A stretch of DNA of 64,000 nucleotides from Haplodiscus bocki (lineage: Eukaryota): NCBI GenBank assembly GCA_965655095.1, contig OZ296656.1, positions 12,710,001 through 12,774,000 on the forward strand. The letters are read 5' to 3'. This document shows positions 37,458 to 50,399 of this stretch, piece by piece (position 1 is the stretch's first letter; each line of letters starts with the position of its first letter). The translations under genes were made by a program, and so were the position numbers. The notes under the pieces are model-generated. The model was not told the DNA's origin. It searched no databases and saw only the letters and a program-made list of their open reading frames with translations.

Positions 37458-39119
37458 CCGTTTGAGTGTTGGGGGTGTTCATGGCTAGAGCATAGTTGGT
37501 GTTCAAGCCACTAGGGCAGCACGGTTCAGTGAATGACAGCGGTGTTTTGTCTTCACCTGAAATGCTGTGACGTACTCGTGTTCGAGCCGTCTGCTAATCT
37601 TTTTCAGGGACGTTGAATGATGACAACATGTCATGAAGAAGTCACTGATGTGTTGAGTCTTCAGTTGAGGCTGAGGATATGCTAAAGATGAGTGACGAGG
37701 AGGCATCGAGTGCGAATGGGGTGTACAGGACCGATGCCGGTGTTCGAAAGAATACACCCATTGATTATTGTGCATTGGCAGCTTGTGACCTTTTGGACCG
37801 TGATTTCTTCGTTCTTATGGCGAGTGGTCTGAAAAATCAAGTTGTTTTCCCTGACACTTGATGGAGTAATCTTTCACTGTGTGTTCGTGTGTGCAATAGT
37901 GTGCAGCTTTTTGATCTAGCGTGGGGTTTGGTCGTCGATCTTCCCTACTATTCTACGCCGATTGGGATTTCTGTTTTTTTCAGTGCAGGTGCTACGTGAG
38001 ACTGTCTATCAACATTTCGAGGTTTTGCTGGTGATAGATGACATATGTGATGGATGCGGGATGCTCAGAATCCTAACACATTGTTTGCATGAGTTGTGGG
38101 CAACAGTTTTTAGTAGGAGTTGGGCAAGGGGTAGTCGTATTGTTTCGGGCGATAGAATAGAGCAGGTGAGGTTGGCGTCACAGAAGTGTCTTCTGCACGT
38201 GTGTATTCTTTGATTGCAGCAAGAGAAGATGCGACAGACTCAACGCTCAGCATGTCGGAAGAGGCCCTCAAGCATTCTCTGAGGACCATTCTCCGGGAAG
38301 TGCTGTCATAGTATCTGTTGGCAGCGGCTGTTGAGAAAAAGGGGACGGGAGTCCTTCTCCAGGTCGCCGATTTTCAGCCTTCGTTGTGTCAATACCGATT
38401 TCCAGCAGTGTGGATTCGGGTCGAGAGTTGTCTTCAGTGTTGAGGGTGGAGCCACTTGTTGATGAGGTGTTGTCAAGGCCAGAGCCAGATGCTCTTTTGT
38501 GAGTGCTGTTGTGAGGGACTCCCGAGGCAGCCTGCAGTCCAATCCAGTAGATTCAGTGGAGCCAGGAGGCCCAGCACTATCTTAATTTCGTCGTGTGCCT
38601 GATTCAGCTAGTAAGTAGCTAGCTACGACATGTTACGGCGTAATTAACTGTTCACTTAAGGCGTACTTGATTGACGCAAACGTCAGCGGGCGTGGCGCTT
38701 CAATACTGAGCGTTAAATTTATGGTACATGTTCTACTTCAAAGAGAGTGTCCAGCGTAAAAACGAAAGCGTTCAAGCCGTATTTTATCACTCAGGCATTG
38801 TGAGTTTTTTTGTGAGTTTCACAGATTACGTTGAGTGAAAGCCGGTCCGGTTTCACGAGATACCTGTTGTGTCGCATTGACCTGATTTTTGGGACAAGGG
38901 TTTTGAGGGCTTCACACCACAATTGACGAGGAGAAAGTCATCAGTCGCGTGAGATTCGATACAGGCTACATAGAGGGGGGACGCTGTAAAATCGTGATTC
39001 CATCTAGGCATCTGCCGCTGGGTGGGCTCGTTCAGTAGCATCGATGCAGGTGTCGGCAGTTGTCAGTCGGGAACCCATCTTTCCCGTCAGCAATGACGAA
39101 ATGATGGGTAAGGAGACTG

Positions 39120-39302
39120 NNNNNNNNNNNNNNNNNNNNNNNNNNNNNNNNNNNNNNNNNNNNNNNNNNNNNNNNNNNNNNNNNNNNNNNNNNNNNNNNN
39201 NNNNNNNNNNNNNNNNNNNNNNNNNNNNNNNNNNNNNNNNNNNNNNNNNNNNNNNNNNNNNNNNNNNNNNNNNNNNNNNNNNNNNNNNNNNNNNNNNNNN
39301 NN
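39120..39302. other. N gap / masked sequence (183 N)
   Basis: Run of N. Confidence 1.
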
Positions 39303-40114
39303 ACTGCAGATCAACTGTGGGTGATCTCCTTTTTGGACAGTTTCGTTATTGGTCCAGACTTCCCCGAGTTATGGTCGCAGTCTAGAAAACTTACGGACGA
39401 AGTATATGGCAGAGTTTCATCTCCATGAGTCACTGACAGACGAGTCAATGTGACAATTATCAATGCTTTTTGTTTTGTTTTTTATAAATTTTTTATATGT
39501 TCGTACCGTTGCAAAATGTTGTAGAACGAAAAATGAAGGTTCACTAAAAAAACAAAGGAAAACGAAAAATAAGATTTGTGATGGGGGATTCGGTATGAAC
39601 GGAAAGTGTTGGTTTAACCGGAAAGGATTGGCCAGGAACGTTGGGACAGAGGGGTTGCGGGTGGAAAACTTTGTAGGTCAATGACGTAGGCTAGGTGTGT
39701 GTGCAGTATGAAAGCAGAAAAGAGAACAGAAAAACAGGAAAACATGACTTTCTAATGAGAAAAAAAAGGCAACGGTTGGGTTATAATTATAAAAGTTTTT
39801 TGTGTTTTTGTTCAGAGCGTTCTCATGAACGGCCTGTTGCAGTTCGTCATGCACGAAATTATGGCACTATTGTCTGTCGATTGTCCATTTTCTCTGCAAG
39901 TGGGCCGAAACTGGGTTTAAATGCTGATGTGTCAACAGTTCGTGGACGTGGTCAGTGTACAGGCGGTCGTAGAATGTGCATTGCTGACCTACTACGGAGA
40001 AGCGTAAAAGGACGAGTTATTGCAACTGGCAGCCCGGAAGACCAATTTTAGGTGCGTGCTTCGTCTCTTCACTCATGATCGAGGAACAAGGTCGACGTGC
40101 GGACTTCCTGACAG

Positions 40115-40163
<49 letters not shown>
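40115..40163. repeat. (GA)n microsatellite
   Basis: Direct observation. Confidence 0.95.
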
Positions 40164-40165
<2 letters not shown>

Positions 40166-42533
40166 GTGTGGTGGATTTCCCGTCGCTGTGAAGAATGTGG
40201 ACTACAAGGCAGTTCTACTGGTGGCTCTGAAAGACAGTCAGAAAAAATCTGTGACATTTGAGCTAAATAGTGTGCTGGACCATCTCTAGTGGCGATTGAA
40301 AACTGGCCATCGTAAACATATTGCCGAAACTGAGATCCGTAAAAATCCACGTTTCTGAACGAACAAAAATCCAAAAAAATGGGGCCCAGTAGTATCAGGG
40401 GTTTGTTGCATCATTAGACTTGACTGGATTGATCGTTGTTTTGTGTTTCCGCAGAGTATCATGAAACTGCAATTGTCGTTATGGAGTGTGAGCCACCTGT
40501 ACCAAGATTTGGCAAAAAATTGGAAGGGCATGACGGTGTGGCTACTTGAGGGTGGTCTCCGTCAACTTGGTAATTCCGGAGCCCTTACTGGATGGGAGCG
40601 AGGGATCGTCCAAGACCAAAATCTACTTGAGTGCTTCGCTTTGATGGCCTATATTCTGAGTGCTGGTTAGTGTGAGTTCTAAGAGGGAATAATATTTTTG
40701 GTGGTGATGTGTATGTAGTGTGGGGGGAAGAAATGATCGCACTGGTGAGAAAAATAGAAAATAGTAAAAATTTCAAGTCGGGATAAGAGAGATTAGTCTT
40801 TTGCGGAACGTTGTTGTATGTTTGGCTGCACCCATGTCAACACGACTGGCCAGCAGCGTTCTTTTGTACTCGCTGATGCCTCATTTGATTGAGGAGTGTA
40901 GCGCAGATTGGGTCACTGGGGAGATGTCAAAGTGGACGGCGACCCTAGTTGTTCTCGGGGTCACAACAGAATTCGAGTCTCGGAATGTGCCCCATCATTA
41001 AGCTGCCGTTGTGAGGATTCTGCGGAAATGGCGGGGAGTGGGCAGCAAAATCGAAGTCATGACAAATTTCGGGCGATTTTGGTTAGACTGTGACAAGTGG
41101 TATTGGGAAATGCAGCTACACGATCAATTTCGGTGAAGTGGTGCCAGGTGTGATCGACCAGAATGAGAGTTCTTCGGAAATGCCTTTCCTGCCGAATTGG
41201 TTCTCTCGTGAGGGTCCATGGTTTGTACGGTGAACACTGATATTGTGGGGAGACCCAGCAGGGAGGCATTTTCTCAAATGAGCGGATATTGGCTCCGAGT
41301 GGCATGTCACCATGTGCGTTGGCAACCCTGGAGCGCTCGAGGAGGAGTACGTCAGCAACGGGTTGTGTCACGGGTCTCCCTTGAGGGCATTTGTGCAGGA
41401 CACTTATAAGTCAGCACCGTTGGCTAAGTTAGGTCCTGAGAAGAAGGGGCAATCAAAACCGCAGACCGGGTAGAGGTCGAAGTGCTCCCCCGAAACAAAA
41501 CAGACCTGTGAAGAAGGTTGCATCTCAGTTTGACGTTCTGCTAGCGGATCCTTCAAGTGATGAGTCCGATGACGTTGTGACGGGACAAAGAGCTCGCCCT
41601 TTTATCAGGCTAGATCCGATTGAAGTTCAAGACGGCAATAGACGTTGACTTCCTGGACTGTACAAATAAATAGACTCAAAAATGATGACAATTTTGACTG
41701 ATCCGATTTTTTGTAGAGAGCTGCGTTCCTGTTTTGTGTTTGGTCTTCTTGTGTTTGTTAATTGTATGAAACTGTTTTTAAAATATGCTGAAAACGAATC
41801 AACACAGAGAGTTTGAAATATTCCAAAAAACAACGAAAAAATGAAAAAAAAATGGAGAACCAAAAAACTCTAGTGATTACCGTTATGTGAAATTGCGATG
41901 GTAGAGAGAGCCATCGGTGAAAAGTTCGGCTCACAACTCTTGTGATTTTAGTCTTTATTCATTTTTGAAGGATCTTTGAACTTGAGGGTAGACCAGAATT
42001 TAGGCAAAACAGAATCTTTTGTGAGGGCAGCGAAAAAACTTGACAAAAAAGATCAGGAAGACTAGAGTAAAAAGTCTCTTGGTTTCAGCTCAAGGGGGTA
42101 AATTGCAAACAAGAAAGACGTTATTCTAATTTGATAGTGAGTTGTTACATGCAGCAAATGTAGGTACAGCAAAAAACTAGGGGGTCACTGACTTGAGTTC
42201 TTCCAGAATAAAAAGAAGAGAGTGAGTTGTAGTGGACCACCTTGACCTGTTGCTTTCTGTTTTTTTTCGCATGTTCTTCATAGTACAAACCTCACTCTCC
42301 GTCAGAGCTTTGTAAAAATCGCTGCATCTGCCTCATTTGTTACAATTGACAAATGTGATGGTGTGAGTCTTGCACGGCTGTGACAAGTTTTTGGACAAAA
42401 AGAAGATGGGAGTCCGACATTAAGCGGATAGCGTCAATATCGACGGTCGGATTGGTTAGGAAGAAGGGGGTGTGAAAAGTGCTGATGCGTTTTGGGGAAT
42501 TGTTTTCAAGATAATAAATTTCACAAAACGAAG

Positions 42534-42536
<3 letters not shown>

Positions 42537-42574
<38 letters not shown>
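42537..42574. repeat. (TG)n microsatellite
   Basis: Direct observation. Confidence 0.95.
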
Positions 42575-42576
<2 letters not shown>

Positions 42577-43599
42577 TAGCCACAGTTGGTGACTGGTGAA
42601 GTAAGGGTTTGATTTTCAGACGGCAGACTGCGTTATGTTATTAAGTTAGGGTTTGTGTGCTTGGTGACGGAAGATGTGAAAGAAGCGTAAGTAAGCACTG
42701 TGGTAGAACATTTTTTGAAGTGTTTGTGTTTCGGAGTCGACTAACAAAACTGACTTTCGCAGTGTTCGAACTGTCGATCAATGTACCTATTTTTAAGGCT
42801 ACACACTGGATGCGTTATACGGATCACCTGGTTCTCGATTTTTTACAAAAATTGTATTGATGAGGTGACATTTGGAGCACTTCTAAAGGGACCGAAGGAC
42901 TGTGTACAAAGGCAAATGAACTGACAAGACATCGAAATCATGGAGTTTGCCATGAAACTGTATGGCGAAACGCTCTCAGTTGAATAGATTTCTTTGTAAA
43001 GTCTTTTGCGAGAACTGGTTTACTGCTCACCTGGAACATCAAGTTGTCTTGATATGTTTTTGGAGCAGGGTTGTCTCGCAGTTGGTAGCGGGTTTTGTGG
43101 CTTTCAGGCAGTGATACCGCATTGGGAGTACTGTGAAGGGGACCGACTTGAAGTGAGTTGTGCGGCGTGACTGCATTTGGTGAGACACTATTGTGGTACT
43201 CAGAGTTCGTTGATTGTTTGGGAAAAGTCGTTGCGTTTCAGATTTTGGTTGACGTCGAGTATAATTTTTGTCTGGTGTTGAGACTGGCTCTGCATATGTG
43301 AATGTTGTTGGTGGTTCAAATGAAGGTGTTACATCAGGTGTTTGGGTTTGTTTGATGTAGGGGATAAATGTGTGACGAGGGTGGCGTGTGGTGTGAGTGT
43401 GCGTGTTCCAAGTATAGTTGCCTTGTTTTTAGAGTCGTCTGCGTCAGTGATGAGTTGGTTGCAATCCTGGTTTTCTGATGCTGAGGTTTGATGTGGTTCA
43501 CATGGAGGTTGAACTGTGCCAGAGACTGTTGTCTGTACGTGGCAGTGGAAAAAATTGTGGTCCTCGATACTATGAGGATCAGGGTAGTGCTGTGTGTCA

Positions 43600-46500
43600 T
43601 TTTTCTGTAAATCCGCGATTTACTCCTAGAATTTGAATTCTCTGAGAGGCATTCTGTGAACAGACAAATTTTTGTAAATGGCCACTGGCAAATGTTGTAA
43701 TTGGAATTTGACAGTACTTCGGTGATCTTATATGGCCCAGTCCAATGAAAAAAAAAAGAATTTGGATTTTGTCCGACTAGGTGGTGTCCTTGGGGTTGAG
43801 GTCGCCGAATTTGGGTTGTTCGGCTGCAGATTCGCTCTCGTAGTGACGTTTGAGTTTGTCAAAGGTTTTTAAGTTTCTTGCAGCTGTAAATTTGTACTTC
43901 TCGTTAAGTTTGTCAGTCAGTGTCGTGGAGTCCACCATTGCGTGGAGCCCTTGGATAGGTTTGGTGAAATTCAAACCAAGAGTGCTGAAAATTACATGAC
44001 CATAGACAATTTCAGTGTAGGACACTTGATCACTTGCTGGTACGTAATGTTATAAGCCATGACGGCAAGGTTGACGTACCTGTCCCGCTGGGGTGAGTCA
44101 CAGTCGATGTTGATCTTGAGTTTTTCCTTGGGTTTTCGATGTGACAATCCAGTGATGCCAGTGGTCTGCGCATGTTTTTTGTGGCATTTCTGATGTGGAT
44201 ACCTGAGGCGTCCATGAGATCTTTAATGAATTGCGATGTAGGGGCAGAGCCTTTGTTGGTGAACATGTGCCCGGGCACATACGCATGTTGTGTAAAAAAA
44301 TTGCTTCAGAGTTTTCACTACAGATGAAAAGTCTCGTTTTCGCATTGGAAATGTAAACAGATAGCGCGAGGAGACGTCGATGTCAGTCAAGATGTGTGTA
44401 AAACCGTTGGAGTTAGTTAACTCTCCGACTAAATCGATTTGCATGTTGTCGGGCGGCCGTTGCGCGCGTTGTAGAGTCGCTGTAAAGGGGCTTTGAGTTT
44501 ATTGTCCGCGTAAGGTCTTGCTCTGATACAATTTTCGCAGTTGTTGACGAAACGTTGAATTTCTTCGTTAAAGCTAGGAGAGTAGTACCGTTGGCGGAGG
44601 ACAAGTAATTTTTTGGATTTTTTGGATATGCCTTGTCTTGAAAAACTCATCTTTTGCTGTTTCCGGTAATACCGGTTTTTCGTGCGTTTTGTTGCTTAAA
44701 TAGTTGTACGACTAACAGATGAGAGATTCGTTAACAAAGTTGAGGCCATTTGTGTTTGTTAAGTTTTCGGAACAGCTGGCTGGCAAGGTTTATACGGTTC
44801 GGCGGAAGTTCGCCACAACGTAAGACGCGTATCATCTGATGTATATTGGGGTTCTTACGTTGTATGCATTCTAAATTAATGTCCCTGTGCAGACTTAACT
44901 GGCTCATTACCGGGTACCGTAAAGCGGTGTGCTGTTGGAACCTAATGAAATGGTTATGTTTCTCCCGCATAGATTTGAGGCTCAACTGGGCTGTGATTTG
45001 TTGTTAGCATTGTGCAAAGTGCTAATCAGCCACATCCTGTTGCTGATAGAGCATTTCCAACACTGCGTCAATGACGTCTTGGGATTATGGCGTCGTTTCA
45101 ATGTTCTCCTGCTCAAGTTCTTAATCGGTGTCACCATTGTCTTGTTTGAGTAAATCTGATGCGAGCTCACCGTCGAAAAGGTGAACTGGTATGCTTTCCT
45201 TGAGCTTGAACTGTAGTCTGTGCTGAGAATTGTTGCCAAAATGAGTTTACAAATCGGCAGTAGGATACCCTGCACCGGGTACATTTGCAGAAACGAAAGT
45301 AAGTGGTAATTCCTACTCACAAACTTCCATAGTTTCGGTGGAACCTGCTTTGCCTGAAAGAATCGTGCTAAGGCCTTCTTATCAGTCGTTACGATCGTGG
45401 GTTCCTTGACTCCCCACATTTTGTGGCTAAACTCATCGAAGGCCTGTGCATTGCCAAATACTCCTTAGCTTAAACAGCGAGTGACATTTGACCAGCTGTA
45501 AATCAACGAGAACCAAACAGAGTTTCTGTATATGCCTTGAGGGGGCCCTCCGCTGTATGCGTGTAGTATTCTGTCAGTATAACGTAGCCGGTTGCGTGCT
45601 CACTGGCGTCACACACTTTTATCAATTGCTCCTGGGAGACGCATTATTAAGGACATTTTGGCGGCTTGCGCCACATTTGTTTAATATCGGACATTGAGTC
45701 AAGAATGGTGTTACTTAGTTTAAACCTGAGGTCTTGCTGTTAAACTGTAGACAAGTGAATTTTTTTCTTGGTCAAGTTAGGTAAATACTGTTTATTAAAG
45801 TTAAAAACACCGTTGTAGCGTTGCATTGACTCCACTAATGCAATCAGTTCAAAATTTTTCGGAAACGACTCTGTTTTATGTTCCATGGGGCTGATGCCTC
45901 GAAAACTGATTGTTTTTTTCAAGGATTCAATCTTAGATTGCCCAAACGAGCACTTGCCGATTGAAAGCTTGAGATATGCCCGATCATTGGACTGGATGAC
46001 GAATTCGTTGATCCGGATTAAACCGTGTGATGTTCCTGCTGCGACGTCAATTCGATTAGCGTACTAAGCACGTCTGTTAGGCTCCACAATGGGGTTGATA
46101 ACTTCTCTGAAGAACTTCGTAAACGTTGATGAAGAACGGTTGAAACCGTGAGCAAGACATTTTGGGCAAACATCCGAGAACCCAAACCAAAGGAGATCAA
46201 TTGGATTGAATGCCCGTCTGCCATTCAGAAGCAGCTACTGGCCTGTGACCAATCCAAGTTACTGAAAACTTTTTTCCCTGCATTTTCTGACCGCCTTCGT
46301 TAATGGTTGTTACCGCATGATTACGTCCCTGATGGTTTTGTTTGATGACGTGGTTGATCCCTCTTTAAGCCAGGAGCAGACGGAGTTTACCAATTGGTTG
46401 CCGCCGGGCGAAAGTGGGAAAAGAGTACTTACTGAAAAGAAACACTTTTATGATATCTTAATACTGTTTTGTCAATAGTTCTACTTGTGTTTCATTTCTA

Positions 46501-47600
46501 AGGTTAGTCGTTGTAAACTAACACTGCGTACACCAAGTCCTTGTGCCTCAGAGCATGCCAAACCCTATGTTCATTGTTAAAACCGATGTGTAAACTATGA
46601 AGTGCAAAAAAGTTATAACAATTGACCAAAAAATGTTGAACTGCTGCCACCCCGTCGATTGTAAATTGCCAATCATCCCAGTTGAGTCGGCTGAGAAAAG
46701 TCGGTGTCTCTTCATCTGATATCGTCGGATCTAGTTTCTCCTGTTGCCACAGATTGACGATGGGTTTGGAGATGCTTCGCTCCAGTGCGTTGAAAGTCTG
46801 AGGGTCAAACAAGTTTCCGGTGTGGGTACGACTTCCTGCTGAAAGTTGTCGGCTCATCATGGAACAGTTGTTTGATCATGGTGGTTGCTTCGTCTGGTGG
46901 TTGCGTTACCAGGCTCAAATGTTCAGGTGCTACGGGTTTTAACTGTTTTGTTCCGTTAAATGAAACTACGTTGAAGTTCGCGAGGATTGCGACGGCATTG
47001 ATAGTATATATGTGGTTCATCTATACTATCAATATTTCATGGGCGTTAATTACTTCGAGAGTTGTGAAGCCCTTTTCCACTTTAAACAAGACGGGTGTGA
47101 CCAATAACGCTTCTATCATGGTGATAGCTTCTGCGGTACCATTGGTGGTAGCGATATCTGCGCTGGTGCGCATTGGAGCCAAAACCTGCTGGTATGGTGA
47201 AAGCGCCATTTTCTGGTTGGCTTGGAGTTCACCTTTGTCCCAGTTGTATCTTACGTTGGCCTTGCAAAAATTGAGAGACACAACGGGGAAGTGGATGAAA
47301 TGATACAAGATGTCCAACGTAACAGAGTTTTTTCTGAAAATTGATATCCCGAAATGAAGGCTTCTCAAGGTTAAGAGTATCTTGAACGTTCCTCCGAAAT
47401 GTTTTTCGGCAATAGTGAAGCGTAAAAAAGCTTGCTTTTAAATGCGTACTGTGTATCCATCGGCTATTTGGACCTTGAAACCCGGTGCCGGCATTTGTTT
47501 GATGAGGGCCATGGGTTTGACGGCTAGGCTTCATTGTAGTTATGTTTCAAACATGGCATTTTGGATGGCAGCTGAACCTAGTAGGGCTTGTTTTTCATAA
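43600..47600 (-). pseudogene. Gypsy pol (protease, RT, RNase H, integrase), fragmented
   Basis: Protease-end motif FGISIFRKNSVTLDI; RT-region fragments (~45700-46500); RNase H DASEHATGYV and TDKKALARFFQAK; integrase RQRYYSP..FVNNCENC, MQIDLVGEL..ILTDIDVSSRYLF, TNKGSAPTS; GPY/F motif WTGPYKI (~43730). Confidence 0.88.
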
Positions 47601-49230
47601 TGTTTTTTTAGATGTGCTTGTACAGCAATCGACTTACTTCAACTGTAGCGGTCAAGTGTCGAATATCAATTAGGTGAGCTGTCCCTTGAAACATTGATTC
47701 AGTTCTTTGTCTTTCACTAGTGAAACTTTTGTTGGTCTCTTCTTCACTTTGTGTGGTTCTTGTTGTACTCTCATCTGAAGGTGTCGTTTGCAACCTGAAT
47801 CACCGTTTACTTCACTGGCCTTCCTTTGCTGGCGTTTCCGTTTGCGTATGTTTGCGAACAAAGTGATAAATGTTGGCGGACACTCTTTTAAAGGTAAAAT
47901 TTTTCTTTGAGGTTTCCTTGTCGGAGGAAAACTGCCGACACTCCAATGGCTGTGTGACTTCGTTCTCTTGAGATTTTTCTGGTATTCACTGCAGTGTGAA
48001 AAGCTAGTCAATTTTAAAATTTGTATACTTCAATTGGCGCACGTTGATTGTTCTGCAGAGGATGGCGTGGCGATTCTGGTTTACAGAATCGGAGTGGTCT
48101 GTTTTATTTCCAAAGGCGTCGCTGTGGGCCTCGTCAAATTTTCTCGCTAGGATCTGTTTCTTATGTGCCTGCCTGAACCCTAATCGAAAGTCTGGATTTT
48201 CATCTGGGTTCTGGCACTGATACGGGATGCATCTGTAGGCACTAAAGTTTGGAATTCGCTGTCTGTACGTGAGGGCGGAGTGTCTTGTGCGGTCAAAATC
48301 TGACAAACCACTTTCCGAGTGCAGCTAAGTTCATCCTGCGCGGACGAGGTCTGCTTACGTTGTCGCCGATGTTCACTAGGCTCCGTGGCAGGTGGGTCAT
48401 TGTGAGATAGTTCCCTCTTCCTTGTGCTGCAATCGGGTGTTTTGTGCTCCTAATTGCCTCAGTGACATCATGTACTGCTGAGCTTTTGCAATTGTCTTTG
48501 GCTATCCTAGCGGGACGGTCACTTCGTCGTTTGTCTGTTCCTAAGGAGACTTCCTTGAAAAAATTTGATTTCTGTGTTCCCGTCAGCTGATGATACTAAT
48601 AAAACCGGTGCAGAAAACTTCTGACTTCATCAAACGTGGCATATTGTTTGCCTGTGACGCTAAAGTCATTCTGGATGGCAACTGGTAGCTTGCTGATTAG
48701 GAACGCATTGACATACTTGTTGGCTTTCGAGTCAAATGGTTGTGTAACTGTTTTCTTGAGGTGCTTCCGAAAGACAGAAAACGATTCGTGGTCGGGGTCA
48801 TTTTTGAGCTAGCTCCGTCTTTTTTGCGATTTTTACTTAAAGTCATCTCGAGCACACTTTTTGAGGAATATTTGTAGGACCTCCCTGAGTGTCGTGTCGG
48901 AAATCACTCCAACTCAATGCGCAAAATCACTAGCATCTCTTCCTAGCAGGCTTTTGAAAACTGGAGCTTCTCTTCTTTGTTGATTTCCACTTGGAAAGGA
49001 CGTTTGAGGTTCGGGAGGAGGAGTTTGAACTCAATAATTTGTTTTCTCTGTCATTTGAAGACTGGTCCTTGTACGTTGGGCAATTTATTTTTTTTGTGTT
49101 CCTCTGTATCATTTTGGGGACATTGGTGATCGCAATCATCAATTGCGTCATACTGAGTATATCGTCCTTGTCCTCAGGCTAGTCGTAATCATAATTTGTG
49201 AGGCTATCAATCATGGTTGCTCCATAAAGT
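47600..49230 (-). pseudogene. Gypsy gag remnant
   Basis: Fragmented minus-strand coding-like sequence starting just inside the 5' LTR and preceding the protease; positional call. Confidence 0.55.
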
Positions 49231-49270
49231 CGGTTGCGCCTTTGTGGGTTCTATTAGGCTCAGTTCATCA

Positions 49271-50275
49271 TGTCGTGCCGGTAGCACAAGGGGCTAGTGG
49301 AACGCATGGTCACGTCTCCAACATGACGCTTTGCTGTTTTCAGCTGGTGTAACTCAATCCGACCCACCAACAGAATACATATTCCATCTAATCATCTGAG
49401 GATTGAGTAAGTTGCTCGTTTCAGCCGTTCGTTAATCGGTCTAAGCGTCAATTCATCAGCACACGTCTCAATCCCTTGAAGGTCCACTTCTTGTTTTTGC
49501 CGCAGTCCCAAATGACTGGCCTCAGAGGAACTATAAAGTGTCTGAGTGCCTGCTCCGGTTTGGTTTGGCTCATTGGCTTGGTGGAAAGCCTGTTAACGTT
49601 GAAATAGTGAAGTTTTGCTGAAAGTGATTAGTAACTAAGGTCAGTGTGGTATTGCAGCAAGCGGAACTACATATGTAGGAAATACTAAAGACAGACTGAG
49701 GTCATTGTTAGGCAAAGCTGAAGAGACTATAACATTAGAAAAATGCAAGAAGTCTCGTAGCATAGTTGCACTGGTTGTGTTTTAGTCAGTGTTCACTCAA
49801 TGTTCTGTCAGGTTGGATGTTCGCAAGGTTTATGGCTCACCGGTGGACGCAATTTAGTCACGCGACTAGTTTGGTGCATCTCATGGAAGATCATCTTCAC
49901 ACTTAAACTTCACATTGTCATGTAGCATTGATTATCTTTCCCTTTAACGCATTTCTAACATCGCATTTTCTTTTTTTAAAAATTTTTTTTTGCTTTTGAC
50001 CACACAAGTTTTGTTGTGAAAGTCTCTCTAATTGAATCAAATTTTTCTTTCCTCACTAGAAGGAGCAAATGGCACCGACGGTTTTTGCGTTGAATGACTG
50101 AAGTGAGATTATTAAGGGTCACTGAAATTAAGCGTTTTTTCATGGCACTGCTAGGAAAAAACTTGAAATAATGCCAGCAACACGTCTACCATAGTTCAAA
50201 GCTACTTCCTTGCCTGTTTTATAAAAAACCGTAGTGTTTTCTGCTACAACTCTTTCTCAACATTGCACTACTACG
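49271..50275 (-). repeat. LTR-like direct repeat (5' LTR)
   Basis: Begins TGTCGTG, 1005 bp, homologous to 35618-36620, adjacent to the gag start. Confidence 0.8.
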
Positions 50276-50399
50276 GCGGTGAAGTTCTAGCATTCGAGAG
50301 TAATCAATATTGGATGATGCTAAAGACATATAGGGTCGTCATTGAAGGACAAAGACTAAATTCATGAAAAAACAAATAGGTCGTGTTTCGTTCATGTGA

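Larger units (their letters stand above)
37460..40780 (-). pseudogene. Degraded env-like third ORF of the Gypsy element
   Basis: Signal-peptide-like start KFLLFSIFLTSAIIS (~40776) and Cys-rich fragments at 37700-38540, located between integrase and the 3' LTR; interrupted by an N gap and simple repeats. The assignment is positional inference. Confidence 0.35.
35618..50275 (-). mobile_element. Degenerate Ty3/Gypsy LTR retrotransposon, ~14.7 kb, with a long post-pol region (possible env)
   Basis: ~1-kb direct repeats at both ends; minus-strand gag, protease, RT, RNase H, integrase order; many stops and frameshifts. No TSD or PPT confirmed. Confidence 0.85.

Noticed and set aside
49250-49270. 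Primer-binding site next to the 5' LTR (minus strand TGATGAACTGAGCC)
   Set aside because: Correct position but lacks the TGG start and matches a tRNA 3' end too weakly to assign.
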